Shown: positions 11,729 to 21,661 of the stretch, in pieces | Numbering within the stretch: the first letter of the stretch is position 1 | Layout of the letters: each line of letters begins with the position of its first letter | Assembly: GCA_963745475.1 (NCBI GenBank) | Contig: CAVUXN010000004.1 | Span: 96,001 to 160,000 of the forward strand | Source of the DNA: an uncultured delta proteobacterium | GTDB taxonomy: Bacteria > Myxococcota > Myxococcia > Myxococcales > Myxococcaceae | DNA length: 64,000 nucleotides | Direction of reading: 5' to 3' | Translations under genes and position numbers: made by a program | Notes under the pieces: model-generated | What the model saw: only the letters and a program-made list of their open reading frames with translations | Told to the model about the DNA's origin: nothing | Databases searched by the model: none

Positions 11729-12346
11729 CTAGCGGTCACGCTCCTTGGGGAGCGTCTTGCGGTTGATGGACACCACCTCGTCGATGATGCCGTAAGTCTT
11801 CGCCTCTTGGGCACCCATGAAATAGTCGCGGTCGGTGTCCTTCTCCACCCGCTCCAGGCTCTGTCCGGTATGCTTGGCGATGAGCTCGTTCAGCATCGCC
11901 CGCATGCGGAGAATCTCCCGGGCGTGAATCTCGACGTCCGAGGCTTGCCCGCGGGCTCCGCCCATGGGCTGGTGCACCATAATTCGGGCGTTGGGAAGCG
12001 CCTGGCGCTTACTCTTGGCGCCGGCGAGTAGAAGCACCGCGCCCATCGAGGCCGCCTGGCCGACGCAGATGGTGGCCACCGGCGGCCGCACGTACTGCAT
12101 GGTGTCGTAAATGGCCAGACCGGCGGTCACCGAGCCGCCCGGCGAGTTGACGTAGAGGTTTATCTCCTTGTCCGGGTCCTCCGACTCGAGGAAGAGCATC
12201 TGCGCGACAATGGCATTGGCCACGTCGTCGTCTATCTCCGTCCCCAACAGAATGATGCGGTCCTTCAACAGTCGGCTGTAAATGTCGTAGGTCCGCTCGC
12301 CGCGGTGCGTTTGCTCGATGACGTAGGGGACGGGCATGTAGGGCAT
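11729..12346 (-). CDS. clpP: Clp protease proteolytic subunit
   Basis: [30 protein letters not shown]. Confidence 0.98.
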   Translation of the reverse strand: MPYMPVPYVIEQTHRGERTYDIYSRLLKDRIILLGTEIDDDVANAIVAQMLFLESEDPDKEINLYVNSPGGSVTAGLAIYDTMQYVRPPVATICVGQAASMGAVLLLAGAKSKRQALPNARIMVHQPMGGARGQASDVEIHAREILRMRAMLNELIAKHTGQSLERVEKDTDRDYFMGAQEAKTYGIIDEVVSINRKTLPKERDR

Positions 12347-12357
12347 GGGGGGGTACC

Positions 12358-13635
12358 TCAGGGGTTGGATTCATCCTTCGCCCGAGACCTCAGGAATTCA
12401 ACCGTCTTTTCCTCCCGGATTCGCAACTCGAGGCTTCGCCGCTGGTTGGCATCCTTAAAGGCCTTGCGGACCTGGCTAAGTGCCTGTTCGCTCTCCTTGG
12501 CCAGCGCTTCAATGCGCGCGTCCACCTCCGAGGGCTCGACCTCGACGCCCTCCTTTTCGGCGATGGCCTCCAAAAGGAGCGCCGCCCGGACCTCGTTCTC
12601 GGCCTTCGGCCGCATTTCAGCCCGCAGGGCGTCGAAGTCGAGATTGAGCTGCCTCGGGTCGACGCCGCCGCGGGCCAAGGACCTGAGCGCTCCCTCCAGC
12701 ATCGCCTCCAGGCCCCGCTCCACCATGGCTTTGGGCAGGGGAAACGGGTTTCGCTCGATGAGACCCTTCACCAGTTGGTCGCGCTCGGTGCGCGCAGCCT
12801 CGGCCTTGGCCGAGGCCACAAGGTCGGTCCGCACGCGGTCCCGGAGCGCGTCCAGCGTTGCCCCCCCGCCTACCTCGCGGGCGAGCTCGTCGTCCAAGGG
12901 AGGGATGATGCGTGTCTTCAGCCCCCGCAGCGTGAAGCGAAAGGCCGCCGTCCGCCCTGCTTGGGGGTGGCCTGGAGGAAACGCGGAGGACGCCTCCCGA
13001 GTGTCGCCCACGGCCAGGCCGGCCAGCGCTTCCACGTTGCCTGACGTCACCTCGCCCTTGGCCACCTCCACGGTGACGCCCTCGCCTGAGCCGCCCTCGA
13101 AGGGCTTCCCGTCTACCGTCCCCTGGTAATCCACGACTGCAAAGTCTCCGAGCTCGGCCACCGTCCGGTTCTCCACCGGCTCGAGACGCCCCAGCCGCTG
13201 GCGCAGCTGCTCGATGCGGGCCTCCACCTGCGCCTCCTCAACCTTGGGGGTGAGGCGCTTCAGCGGCAGGCCCTGGTAGTCCTTGGGCGCGACCTCCGGA
13301 CGGACTTCGACGGTGGCCTCGAACGCAAAGGGCGCGTCCAGCACCAGGCGGGCTCCCGTCACCTGGGGCTCGCCCACCGCCTCCACTCCATGCTCGGCAA
13401 TGGCGCTGAGGTAGCTCTTCTCCACCAGGCGCCGCGCGACGTCGTCCTCCACCTCGCCGCGAAAGCGTTGCTCGAGAATGCGACGCGGCACTTTGCCCGG
13501 ACGGAAGCCCGGGAGTCGGACGCGCTCGCCCAAGGCGTGGTAGGCGCGGCCCAACTCGGCGGCCACTTGTGCCGGTTCGACCTCAATGGAGAGCTTTCGC
13601 TCGATGGGGGACAGCGTTTCGACGTGGACCTTCAT
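12358..13635 (-). CDS. tig: Trigger factor
   Basis: PGFRPGKVP ribosome-binding motif; canonical tig-clpP-clpX order. Confidence 0.96.
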   Translation of the reverse strand: MKVHVETLSPIERKLSIEVEPAQVAAELGRAYHALGERVRLPGFRPGKVPRRILEQRFRGEVEDDVARRLVEKSYLSAIAEHGVEAVGEPQVTGARLVLDAPFAFEATVEVRPEVAPKDYQGLPLKRLTPKVEEAQVEARIEQLRQRLGRLEPVENRTVAELGDFAVVDYQGTVDGKPFEGGSGEGVTVEVAKGEVTSGNVEALAGLAVGDTREASSAFPPGHPQAGRTAAFRFTLRGLKTRIIPPLDDELAREVGGGATLDALRDRVRTDLVASAKAEAARTERDQLVKGLIERNPFPLPKAMVERGLEAMLEGALRSLARGGVDPRQLNLDFDALRAEMRPKAENEVRAALLLEAIAEKEGVEVEPSEVDARIEALAKESEQALSQVRKAFKDANQRRSLELRIREEKTVEFLRSRAKDESNP

Positions 13636-13741
13636 GGGGGAGCCGACGGCCTTAAGGGTGGCAGGTCACGCTGTCAACGTGAAATGGGCCGCTCGGGAAA
13701 AGCCCTCAAGCGGTACCCAGCCCCACCCGGGAAGGTGCACA

Positions 13742-13824
13742 TGGGCCCGGAGGGACTCGAACCCTCATGCCTTGGGGGCATCGGCTCCTAAGGCCGACGT
13801 GTCTACCAGTTCCACCACAGGCCC
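13742..13824 (-). tRNA. tRNA-Leu(TAG)
   Basis: GGGCCTGTGGTGGAACTGGTAGACAC...TCGGC-CTTAGGA-GCCGA, long variable arm, GGTTCGAGTCC; CCA not encoded. Confidence 0.96.
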
Positions 13825-13913
13825 AAGCGCCCTTCTACCTCGCCTCTGACGGGCGTCCACACAGGCGAACACGCCGGTGCCTAAGCAGGGCACGGCCACT
13901 TCCTGGGGTGCGG

Positions 13914-14447
13914 TTAAAGCTTACCCGACAGCTGAGGCGTGTCTGGCCATTTCGCGGCCAGCGCCCGCAGGGACTCACCTTCGAGACGGCAGGTGAGCCA
14001 CTCCCGGACAACTTCCGCGCCCAGCGACTCGTAGAAGTGGATGCTCGGGGTATTCCAGTCCAGCACCTGCCAGACGAAGCGGCCACACCCGAGCCGCAGT
14101 GCCTCCGCGGCCAGGGCCTGCATCAGGCCCCGTCCCACGCCGTTCCCGCGTGCCGAGGGCCGGACAAAGAGATCCTCGAGGTACAGCGTCGGCTGGCCGC
14201 GCCAGGTCGAGTAAGCGAGGAAAAAGAAGGCGAAGCCCACTGGGACACCGTCCACCTCTGCCAGGAGCGTCCGGAAGAGTGGCGCCTCACCAAAGCCGTC
14301 GCGGAGCAAATCCGCCTCGGTGGCGACCACTGCGTCCGGTGCGCGCTCATAGGTGGCCAGCTCGCGAACGAGGCTCAGGACCAGCGGGACGTCTCGGGCC
14401 GTGCCGGGGCGCAATGTCAAACGAGGCGGTCTGGGGGCGGAAGCCAT
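13914..14447 (-). CDS. GNAT acetyltransferase (diamine/SSAT-like)
   Basis: YSTWRG, LYLEDLFV, RGNGVG, VLDWN, FYESLG. Confidence 0.9.
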   Translation of the reverse strand: MASAPRPPRLTLRPGTARDVPLVLSLVRELATYERAPDAVVATEADLLRDGFGEAPLFRTLLAEVDGVPVGFAFFFLAYSTWRGQPTLYLEDLFVRPSARGNGVGRGLMQALAAEALRLGCGRFVWQVLDWNTPSIHFYESLGAEVVREWLTCRLEGESLRALAAKWPDTPQLSGKL

Positions 14448-14476
14448 GAAGCAACACCTTCCTCAACTTTCACTTT

Positions 14477-15217
14477 CTACCGTTTGCCGGTCCTGGCACG
14501 CAGCTGCTCGCGGAGGCTTTCCACCTGCGCGCGGGCCGAGGCCTTCAGCGTCTCGAGGTCGGCCAGCGTCAACCCCCTCGTGGAGAGCGCCGTTCCAACC
14601 ATCACCCTGGCGTCGGCCCGCTGAAAGCGCCAGCTGTGCTTGGGAAGCGCCTGGTGCGTCCCGACGACGGCGACGGGAAGGATGTCGGCCCCGGTCTCAA
14701 TGGCCAACCGGAAGGCGCCGTCCTTGAAGGGCAAGAGCGCACCATCCGCACTGCGGGTGCCCTCTGGGAACATCATCACCGGGACGCCGCGAGCCAGCCA
14801 GCGCGCACAGGCGCCCATGGCTTCCTTTCCTGACGCGCTGTCGCCGCGACGGACGGGAACATCTCCGGCGAGCGCCATCATCCACCCCACCACCGGAATG
14901 CGAAACAGCGACGCTTTACCGAGCCACTTCATCTCCCAAGGCAAATGGGAAATGAGGAAAGGGTCGGCGTGGGACTCGTGGTTGCTTACCACCACCGTCC
15001 GGCCTACCCCCTTGGGCAGGGGCCCCACCACGCCGAAGTGCCAGAACGGCGTGAGCCGGGCGGCCAGGACGCCCACCAGCCGGAATGCCCGGCCCGCCAC
15101 CAGGCGGCGTCTGTCGAAGGGCCAGGTGAGGAGGAAAAGCCCCGTCTGGACGACGAAGCCCAACAGGGCCACCAGGCCAATTTCAAACCACGTCCACAGG
15201 GAGAGCAGGGCATTCAC
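14477..15217 (-). CDS. Lysophospholipid acyltransferase (PlsC family)
   Basis: NHESHAD (HX4D), FPEGTRS, FKDGAF. Confidence 0.92.
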   Translation of the reverse strand: MNALLSLWTWFEIGLVALLGFVVQTGLFLLTWPFDRRRLVAGRAFRLVGVLAARLTPFWHFGVVGPLPKGVGRTVVVSNHESHADPFLISHLPWEMKWLGKASLFRIPVVGWMMALAGDVPVRRGDSASGKEAMGACARWLARGVPVMMFPEGTRSADGALLPFKDGAFRLAIETGADILPVAVVGTHQALPKHSWRFQRADARVMVGTALSTRGLTLADLETLKASARAQVESLREQLRARTGKR

Positions 15218-15358
15218 GCGTTCGGGCGGCCCGCTTACCTCAACGTGCCCGCCCAGCGCTCGTTGCGCATTGCGGCAAAGCCAGGCTTCCCGAGCGACCC
15301 ACTCCCCGCACTCTGCGCGTTCGGCCTAAGAAGGCCGCGGAGTCCTGGAGCTCTTCAA

Positions 15359-15550
15359 ATGCCTACACCCTCGGACCATCGGACGCGCACCGTCGAGCCA
15401 GCCCTGTGGGTCTTTGGAGTGGCCGTCCTGGTGTTCGTCTCTCGGGCGCGTCTTCTCTGGGCAGACGGACACCACAGCTGGCTTTGGCCCTTCGGCCTGT
15501 GGGCAGCCCTCATCCTTCTCGGCGCGGTGGTGAATCGGCGGTCCGATTGA
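15359..15550 (+). CDS. CbrX-like small two-TM protein (63 aa)
   Basis: Two hydrophobic segments with W-x-x-P-F-x-L-W-x-x-L-I, as recalled for Pseudomonas CbrX; GGAG RBS; directly upstream of cbrA. Confidence 0.72.
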   Translation: MPTPSDHRTRTVEPALWVFGVAVLVFVSRARLLWADGHHSWLWPFGLWAALILLGAVVNRRSD

Positions 15551-15570
15551 CGTCCAGGGCCTAGACTCTC

Positions 15571-18528
15571 GTGCTTCAACTCGGACAGCTCTTCGCGGTC
15601 GCAGTCGGCTACCTGCTTCTCCTCTTCCTGGTGGCCTATGCCGCCGAACGGCGCTGGGTGCCGGCCAAGCTCGTCCGTCACCCCCTCACCTACGCCCTTT
15701 CTTTGGGAGTGTACGCCACCTCCTGGAGCTACTCCGGCAGCGTCGGCTACGCGCGCACCCAAGGCTTCAACTTCCTCGCCATCTACATCGGGGTGACGCT
15801 GTCCTGTCTCCTGGTGCCAGTGGTTTGGCAGCCCGTGTTGCGGCTGACGCGGGAGCACCAGCTGACGTCGCTGGCGGACCTCTTCGCCTTTCGCTTCCAG
15901 AGCCACAGCGCGGGCGTGCTGGTGACGCTCTTCATGCTGGCCGGCAACCTGCCGTACCTGGCGCTCCAAATTCGCGCCGTCACCCAGGGCGTGCGCGTCT
16001 TGGGGCATGCCCCGCCGGCGTCCATGGTGGGACTCGTCTTCTGCGCACTGGTGGCACTCTTTGCCCTGCTCTTCGGCGCGCGCCATGTCTCGCCCCGGGA
16101 GCGACATGCCGGGCTCGGCCTGGCCATCGCCTTCGAGTCAGTGGTGAAGCTCCTCGCCCTTTTGGCTGTGGCCGCGGTGGCCGTCACCGAGGTGTTTGGG
16201 GGAGCGGGCGGGCTCGAGCGCTGGCTTTCTGCGAATCCAGAAGCATTGGAGGCTGCCTTTCGCCCGGTGCGCGAAGGGCCGTGGGCCACCCTCCTCCTCC
16301 TCTCCTTCGCCGCGGGCTTCTTGCTTCCCCGCCAATTCCATATGGCCTTCACCGAGGCGCTCGGCAGCCGCGCCCTGCGGGTCGCGGCCTGGGGCTTTCC
16401 AGCGTTTCTCCTGCTCCTCAATGTCGCCGTGCTGCCACTGCTTTGGGCCGGCCAGGTGGCGTTGCCCGGTGTCCACCCGGACAACTACGTCCTCGGGCTT
16501 GCGCGAGGCTCGGGCGTGGGCGCGCTGGCCTTCGTCGGCGCGGTTTCCGCAGCCAGCGCCATGGTGATTGTGGACACGCTGGCCCTGGCTGCGATGTGCC
16601 TCAACCACCTCTTGCTGCCGCGACGCGACCTCACCGGCGCCGGGGACCTCTACCGGGGACTTCTCTGGGCGCGCCGCGTGCTCATTGTCGTCATCATCTT
16701 CTTCGGCTACGGCTTTTCGCGCCTTCTCGACGTCCGGGCGGGCCTGGTGGAGCTCGGCCTCATTTCTTTCGTGGCCGTCGTCCAAATGCTTCCAGGCGTC
16801 TTGGCCGTCCTCTTCTGGCGCGGGGCGACGCGGGTGGGCTTCCTCACCGGCCTGTCGGCCGGCATCGCCGTCTGGGCGGCGACGCTTTTTCTGCCGCTCC
16901 TGGCTCGGGCACACCTCTTGCCAGGAGGCTTTGATTTGGCCCACCTCTTCGACATTTTCCCTGGCGCTGAGCCTTGGAGCATCTCCACGTTTTGGTCCTT
17001 GGGCCTGAACACGGTGCTCTTCGCCGGGGTCTCCCTCGTGACCAAGGCCAGCGCACGCGAGGAGGAGGCGGCCGGTCTCTGCACCCGCGCCCCCAAATTG
17101 GTGGACCCCGTGGTGGTAGAGGCCCACAGCCCGCGCGATTTCCAGGCCAACCTGGCTCCGCTGCTCGGGCAGGACGCGGCCACCACCGAGGTGGACTTGG
17201 CCCTGGCGGACCTCAACATGGTGCAGGACGAACGGCGGCCGGCTCAGCTGCAGCGTCTCCGAGAGCGGCTGCAGCGAAACCTATCCGGTTTGGTAGGGCC
17301 GCTCCGGGCCCGCTGGCTCGTGGACCGCGGCATCCGCGTGGACCCGCGCCGTCAACCGGCGCTCTCCGAGCGGCTGCGCTTTCTCGAGGAGCAGCTGCGG
17401 GCGAGCCGGGCGCAGCTGCATGGCGCCCCAGCGGAGTTGGAGGCCTTCCGCCGCTACCTGCGGCGTGTGCTTGAGGACTTGCCCTTGGGGGTGTGTGCCC
17501 TGGGGCCGGACCGGGACGTCGTCATCTGGAACCACACCCTGGCCACGCTGTCCGGCGTCCCCTCCCAAGACGCGGTGGGGGCCCGTCTCGACCAACTTCC
17601 GGGCCCGTTTGCCGAAGCGCTGCGGGACTTCCTGGAGCAGGCCTCGCCCCACGCCGAGGTGTGCCTCACCTTGAGGGGCCACGAGCGGGTGCTCGCACTG
17701 GGGAAGAGTCAGGAGTCCACCGGGACAGTGCCCGCGGACTTGCGGGGTCCGGTGCTGCTGGTGGAGGACCTCACCGAGCGCAAGGCGCTTGCCGCGCAGG
17801 TGGCCCACCAGGACCGCCTGGCTTCGGTGGGCCGGCTGGCGGCCGGGGTGGCGCACGAAATTGGAAACCCGCTCACTGGAATCGCTTGCCTCGCGCAAAA
17901 CCTGGCTCGCGAGGCCACCTCGGCGGAACAGGCCGCTCGGTTTGCCCTCATTTTGAGGGAGACACAGCGCATCGACACCATCGTCCGGGTGCTGCTCGGC
18001 TTCAGCCACGCCGGCACCATCCACGCGGTGGCGGAGCCCGAGCGTTTCGAGGTGCGGGAGGCGGTCGGAGAAGCCATCACCCTCGTGCAGCTGTCCCGCC
18101 AGGCGAAGCAGGTGACCTGTCTCAATCGCGTGCCTACAGGCTTGTTGTTGGACGGGGACCGACAACGGCTGCTCCAAGTTTTCGTCAACCTCGTCTCCAA
18201 CGCCTGTGACGCCAGTCCGACGGGCGGCGAGGTGTCCGTGGAGGCTGAGGTCATCGGTGACGTCGTCCGCTTGCGCGTCATCGACCAGGGGACGGGCATC
18301 GACGACGCAGTGCGCGAACGGATGTTTGAACCTTTTTTCACGACAAAGCCGCCTGGACAGGGTACGGGACTCGGGCTCCCTCTTGCCCACAGCATCGTCC
18401 GGGAGCATTTGGGAAGCATCGACGTGGAGAGTTCCCCCGGCAGGGGAACGACGGTGGTGGTGGAATTGCCATCGACAGGCGAACCGGAGCAACCGGCCGA
18501 GGTACGCGTGGCACCACGAGGCAGGTGA
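15571..18528 (+). CDS. cbrA: SLC5 (sodium:solute symporter)-STAC-PAS histidine kinase, CbrA-like
   Basis: RHPLTYALSLGVY and SLADLFAFRF typical of CbrA; AHEIGNPL H-box; N, G1, F, G2 boxes. Confidence 0.88.
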   Translation: MLQLGQLFAVAVGYLLLLFLVAYAAERRWVPAKLVRHPLTYALSLGVYATSWSYSGSVGYARTQGFNFLAIYIGVTLSCLLVPVVWQPVLRLTREHQLTSLADLFAFRFQSHSAGVLVTLFMLAGNLPYLALQIRAVTQGVRVLGHAPPASMVGLVFCALVALFALLFGARHVSPRERHAGLGLAIAFESVVKLLALLAVAAVAVTEVFGGAGGLERWLSANPEALEAAFRPVREGPWATLLLLSFAAGFLLPRQFHMAFTEALGSRALRVAAWGFPAFLLLLNVAVLPLLWAGQVALPGVHPDNYVLGLARGSGVGALAFVGAVSAASAMVIVDTLALAAMCLNHLLLPRRDLTGAGDLYRGLLWARRVLIVVIIFFGYGFSRLLDVRAGLVELGLISFVAVVQMLPGVLAVLFWRGATRVGFLTGLSAGIAVWAATLFLPLLARAHLLPGGFDLAHLFDIFPGAEPWSISTFWSLGLNTVLFAGVSLVTKASAREEEAAGLCTRAPKLVDPVVVEAHSPRDFQANLAPLLGQDAATTEVDLALADLNMVQDERRPAQLQRLRERLQRNLSGLVGPLRARWLVDRGIRVDPRRQPALSERLRFLEEQLRASRAQLHGAPAELEAFRRYLRRVLEDLPLGVCALGPDRDVVIWNHTLATLSGVPSQDAVGARLDQLPGPFAEALRDFLEQASPHAEVCLTLRGHERVLALGKSQESTGTVPADLRGPVLLVEDLTERKALAAQVAHQDRLASVGRLAAGVAHEIGNPLTGIACLAQNLAREATSAEQAARFALILRETQRIDTIVRVLLGFSHAGTIHAVAEPERFEVREAVGEAITLVQLSRQAKQVTCLNRVPTGLLLDGDRQRLLQVFVNLVSNACDASPTGGEVSVEAEVIGDVVRLRVIDQGTGIDDAVRERMFEPFFTTKPPGQGTGLGLPLAHSIVREHLGSIDVESSPGRGTTVVVELPSTGEPEQPAEVRVAPRGR

Positions 18529-18532
18529 CTTG

Positions 18533-19882
18533 ATGAGCCGCACCCTCATCGTCGAAGACGAGGACGTCATCCGCACCGAGCTGGCGCGGCTTCTGGCGCG
18601 TTCCGGGCATGAAGTGGCCGAGGCGAGGACGGTGAAAGAGGCTTCCGCGCTCGGGCTAGACGGCTTTGACCTCGTGGTCGCCGACCTCCGGCTCCCAGGC
18701 GGTCTGGGGACGGACTTGGTCGAGCTGTGCGGGGGGACGCCGGTCCTCATCATGACCAGCTTTGCCACGGTGCGGGCGGCGGTCGAGGCCATCCAGAAAG
18801 GCGCCGTGGACTTCATTGCCAAGCCCTTCGACCACGACGAGCTTCTCCTCGTCGTCGACCGCGTGCTTCGCCAGTCGCGTCTACGCCGCCAGAATGCCGT
18901 CCTCCGCCAGGAGCTCGAGCGCACCTACGTCGTCCAGGGCCTGGTGGGCAATTGCCCGCCCATGCGGGAAGTCTTCGACCGGGTGCGCAAGGTGGCCCAC
19001 ACCGACGCCACCGTCCTCATCCTCGGCGAGTCCGGCACCGGCAAGGAGCTCGTTGCCCGCGCGGTGCACGACCAGAGCCCGCGACGCGAGGCCCCCATCG
19101 TCACCGTCAACTGCACGTCCATTCCGGAAACCCTCATCGAGTCCGAGCTCTTTGGCCACGAGAAGGGCGCCTTCACCGGCGCACACAAGACAAAGGCCGG
19201 CCTGGTGGAGGCCGCTGACGGCGGGACGCTGTTTCTAGACGAGATTGGCGAGCTGCCCCTGCCAGCCCAGGCCCGGCTTTTGCGGGTGCTTCAGGAAGGA
19301 GAAGTCCGCCGCGTCGGCGCGACGGGCAACCGGCGCGTCAACGTCCGCCTCATCGCCGCCACCCACCGAGACCTCCGGCAGATGTCCTTCGACGGCCAAT
19401 TCCGCAACGACCTCTACTTCCGACTCCGGGTGGTGGAGATTCACCTTCCGCCGCTGCGCGCGAGGGGGGACGACGTCCTCGAATTGGCGGACTTCCTTTT
19501 GGCCAAGGCTTGCCGGCGGTTGAACCGGCCGCCCATCACATTTTCCCCCGAGGCGCGCAACGCCATTTTCGCGCACGACTGGCCGGGCAATGTCCGCGAG
19601 TTGGAGAACGCCGTCGAGCGCGCCGTCATCCTCAGTGACACTGGGCCCATCACGCCGGACCTCCTGGCCATTGACGGGCCGCACCTCTCCGGGGCGCCGC
19701 ACGAGGACGACTTGGACGGCGGGACGAGTGGCGCTCTCACTGAGTACTTTCGTCGCTTCGTCCTCGAGCACCAGGCGCAACTCTCGGAGACGGAAATCGC
19801 TCGCCGGCTCGGCATCAGCCGAAAGGCACTCTGGGAGAAGCGCGCTCGGCTGGGCATCCCGCGCAACAAGCTTCAGGCGTAA
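18533..19882 (+). CDS. cbrB: Sigma54-dependent response regulator, CbrB-like
   Basis: REC, GESGTGKE, GAFTGA; C-terminus YFRRFVLEHQ...SETEIARRLGISRKALWEKRARLGIPR characteristic of CbrB. Confidence 0.88.
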   Translation: MSRTLIVEDEDVIRTELARLLARSGHEVAEARTVKEASALGLDGFDLVVADLRLPGGLGTDLVELCGGTPVLIMTSFATVRAAVEAIQKGAVDFIAKPFDHDELLLVVDRVLRQSRLRRQNAVLRQELERTYVVQGLVGNCPPMREVFDRVRKVAHTDATVLILGESGTGKELVARAVHDQSPRREAPIVTVNCTSIPETLIESELFGHEKGAFTGAHKTKAGLVEAADGGTLFLDEIGELPLPAQARLLRVLQEGEVRRVGATGNRRVNVRLIAATHRDLRQMSFDGQFRNDLYFRLRVVEIHLPPLRARGDDVLELADFLLAKACRRLNRPPITFSPEARNAIFAHDWPGNVRELENAVERAVILSDTGPITPDLLAIDGPHLSGAPHEDDLDGGTSGALTEYFRRFVLEHQAQLSETEIARRLGISRKALWEKRARLGIPRNKLQA

Positions 19883-19910
19883 GAAGCGAGGGAAGGCTTT
19901 GCCGGTCGGT

Positions 19911-20015
19911 TGTTACCTTCGGTAACGGCTGTTCCGGAACGACACGACGTTGGCGCGCGTGCGGACGCTAAGCCATCGCGCCTTCCGGGGCTTGCAGTCT
20001 GGCGTGACGTTTGCG
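19911..20015 (+). promoter_or_regulatory. CbrB-type enhancer plus sigma54 promoter A
   Basis: TGTTAC-cttcg-GTAAC-ggc-TGTTCC (19911-19935); TGGCGTGACGTTTGCG (20000-20015, GG-N10-GC). Confidence 0.82.
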
Positions 20016-20032
20016 TCTCCTCTTGCGTTGAT

Positions 20033-21502
20033 GTGAGCCGCCCGTCCTTGCCCACGCCCCACCTGAGCCCCACTGAGCGTTTGGCCCAGTGTCAGCGGTT
20101 GCACACGCAGAGTCTCGCCCAGCCCGAGGACTTCTGGCGGCGGGAGGCAGAAGCCCTGGCTTGGGTCCGAGCGCCCACCGTCGGCTTTGAGGGCGAGCTC
20201 GCCGTCGGTGACGTCAGCTGGTTTGCGAATGGCCTTCTCAATGTCACCACGAGCTGCGTGGACAGACATGCAGCGAGTGCTCCGGATCGCCCGGCGCTGG
20301 TCTGGCTGAGGGCTGAAGGCGACGTGGAGATGCTGTCCTACCGTGCGCTGCGGCAGCAGATGTGCCGCACCGCCAATGTGTTGCTGGCGCAAGGCGTCCG
20401 TCCTCACGACCGGGTGGCGGTGTACCTTCCTCTGGGCGTCCCGTTGGTGGTCGCGCTGCTCGCCTGCGCCCGCATCGGCGCGGTGCACTTGAATGTGCCG
20501 GTGCATGCCGATTCGGACTGGCTTCGGCGTGCGCTTCGGGTGGCTCGGGTGCGAGTCCTCGTCACCGCCAATGAAGCCGAGGTGGCCCACGAACGGATTC
20601 CCCTGTGGGAGCGCGCCGACGCGGCACTCAACGGCCTCGGCCGGGTCGAAGGCGTCCTCGTGCACCGGCGGACCCAGGCACGCGTGCCACTGGCCTATGC
20701 CCGGGACCACGACCTCGACCGTGCCCTCGGCCTCGCGCGGCCCACCTGTGTCCCGACGCTGCTTTCGGGGGAAGAGCCTCTCCTGCTCGCAACGGCGGCC
20801 AATGACGAAGGCCCCCGGCCCGTCGTCCAGTCCGCGGCCGGCTTCGTGCTGCAGGCACTCCTCGGGCAACGGGAGGTGCTCGGCCTCGGCCCGGGGGACC
20901 GCCTCTTGTGCCGCGCGGAGCACATGGAGGGGCGCGTCGATGTCCTGTACGGAGCGCTCGCGCTGGGAGCGACGCTGGTGTTGGACGAGCTCGGAGACGC
21001 CGTTGAGCGCCTCGACGCCCTCGGTGTGACTCACTTCCTTGGGTCCGCCGGCGACACCCTCAAGGCCGCCGCCAACCGCGGGCATCGCCCGCTCCTCGTC
21101 TCCTCGTCCGGGGGAGCAAAGGCAGACGTGGAAGTGGTGTGGAGTAGTGAGGGTGGAGGAATGCTCGTCGCCCGTTGGCCGGACATCGGTTCAACACCGC
21201 TCTTTGGGGTGGACCCCGTCCTGCTTGACGCCCGAGGTAAACCGCCGTCGCCCCTCGAGGAAGCCGAGTTGTGGACGCGGAGCTCCTGGCCGGCGCAGCC
21301 ACGGACGATGGAGGGCGACCACGCGCGCTTCGTAGACCAGAGGCTCCGCCGTGTGCCTGGACTGTACCGCACCGGGGAGCGCTGTCGGCACCTGAAGGAC
21401 GGGTCGCTGGTTTGGTTGGGGCGGACCGTTGAGCCCGCGCTCGTCGGGCTCGCTGCGCCTGATGAAGTCCCTCTCCAGTCCGGCCCTTTGGGGTTGGCCT
21501 AG
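20033..21502 (+). CDS. Degenerate acetyl-CoA synthetase-like protein (probable pseudoenzyme)
   Basis: Acs N-terminal motifs (PEDFW, WFANGLLN, CVDRH, LACARIGAVH) present; P-loop replaced and C-terminal domain absent; start uncertain. Confidence 0.75.
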   Translation: MSRPSLPTPHLSPTERLAQCQRLHTQSLAQPEDFWRREAEALAWVRAPTVGFEGELAVGDVSWFANGLLNVTTSCVDRHAASAPDRPALVWLRAEGDVEMLSYRALRQQMCRTANVLLAQGVRPHDRVAVYLPLGVPLVVALLACARIGAVHLNVPVHADSDWLRRALRVARVRVLVTANEAEVAHERIPLWERADAALNGLGRVEGVLVHRRTQARVPLAYARDHDLDRALGLARPTCVPTLLSGEEPLLLATAANDEGPRPVVQSAAGFVLQALLGQREVLGLGPGDRLLCRAEHMEGRVDVLYGALALGATLVLDELGDAVERLDALGVTHFLGSAGDTLKAAANRGHRPLLVSSSGGAKADVEVVWSSEGGGMLVARWPDIGSTPLFGVDPVLLDARGKPPSPLEEAELWTRSSWPAQPRTMEGDHARFVDQRLRRVPGLYRTGERCRHLKDGSLVWLGRTVEPALVGLAAPDEVPLQSGPLGLA

Positions 21503-21510
21503 GCCTTCGC

Positions 21511-21615
21511 GTTACGTTTCGTAGCAGGTAGTGTTACCGCCCGCCGCATGCTGCAGCGCGTAGGTCGCGCAAGCTGCGAGGACTCCTCGTCATTCTCGTT
21601 GGCGTGGGAGTTGCC
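21511..21615 (+). promoter_or_regulatory. CbrB-type enhancer plus sigma54 promoter B
   Basis: GTTAC-gtttc-GTAGC-aggtag-TGTTAC (21511-21537); TGGCGTGGGAGTTGCC (21600-21615). Confidence 0.8.
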
Positions 21616-21661
21616 CCCTGATGAAGGAGGCTTTCCCACCGAACGCTCAGGAGGTTTCACT

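Noticed and set aside
19883..20032. CrcZ-like sRNA downstream of cbrB
   Set aside because: No AANAANAA repeats or terminator; the sigma54 promoter runs directly into a CDS
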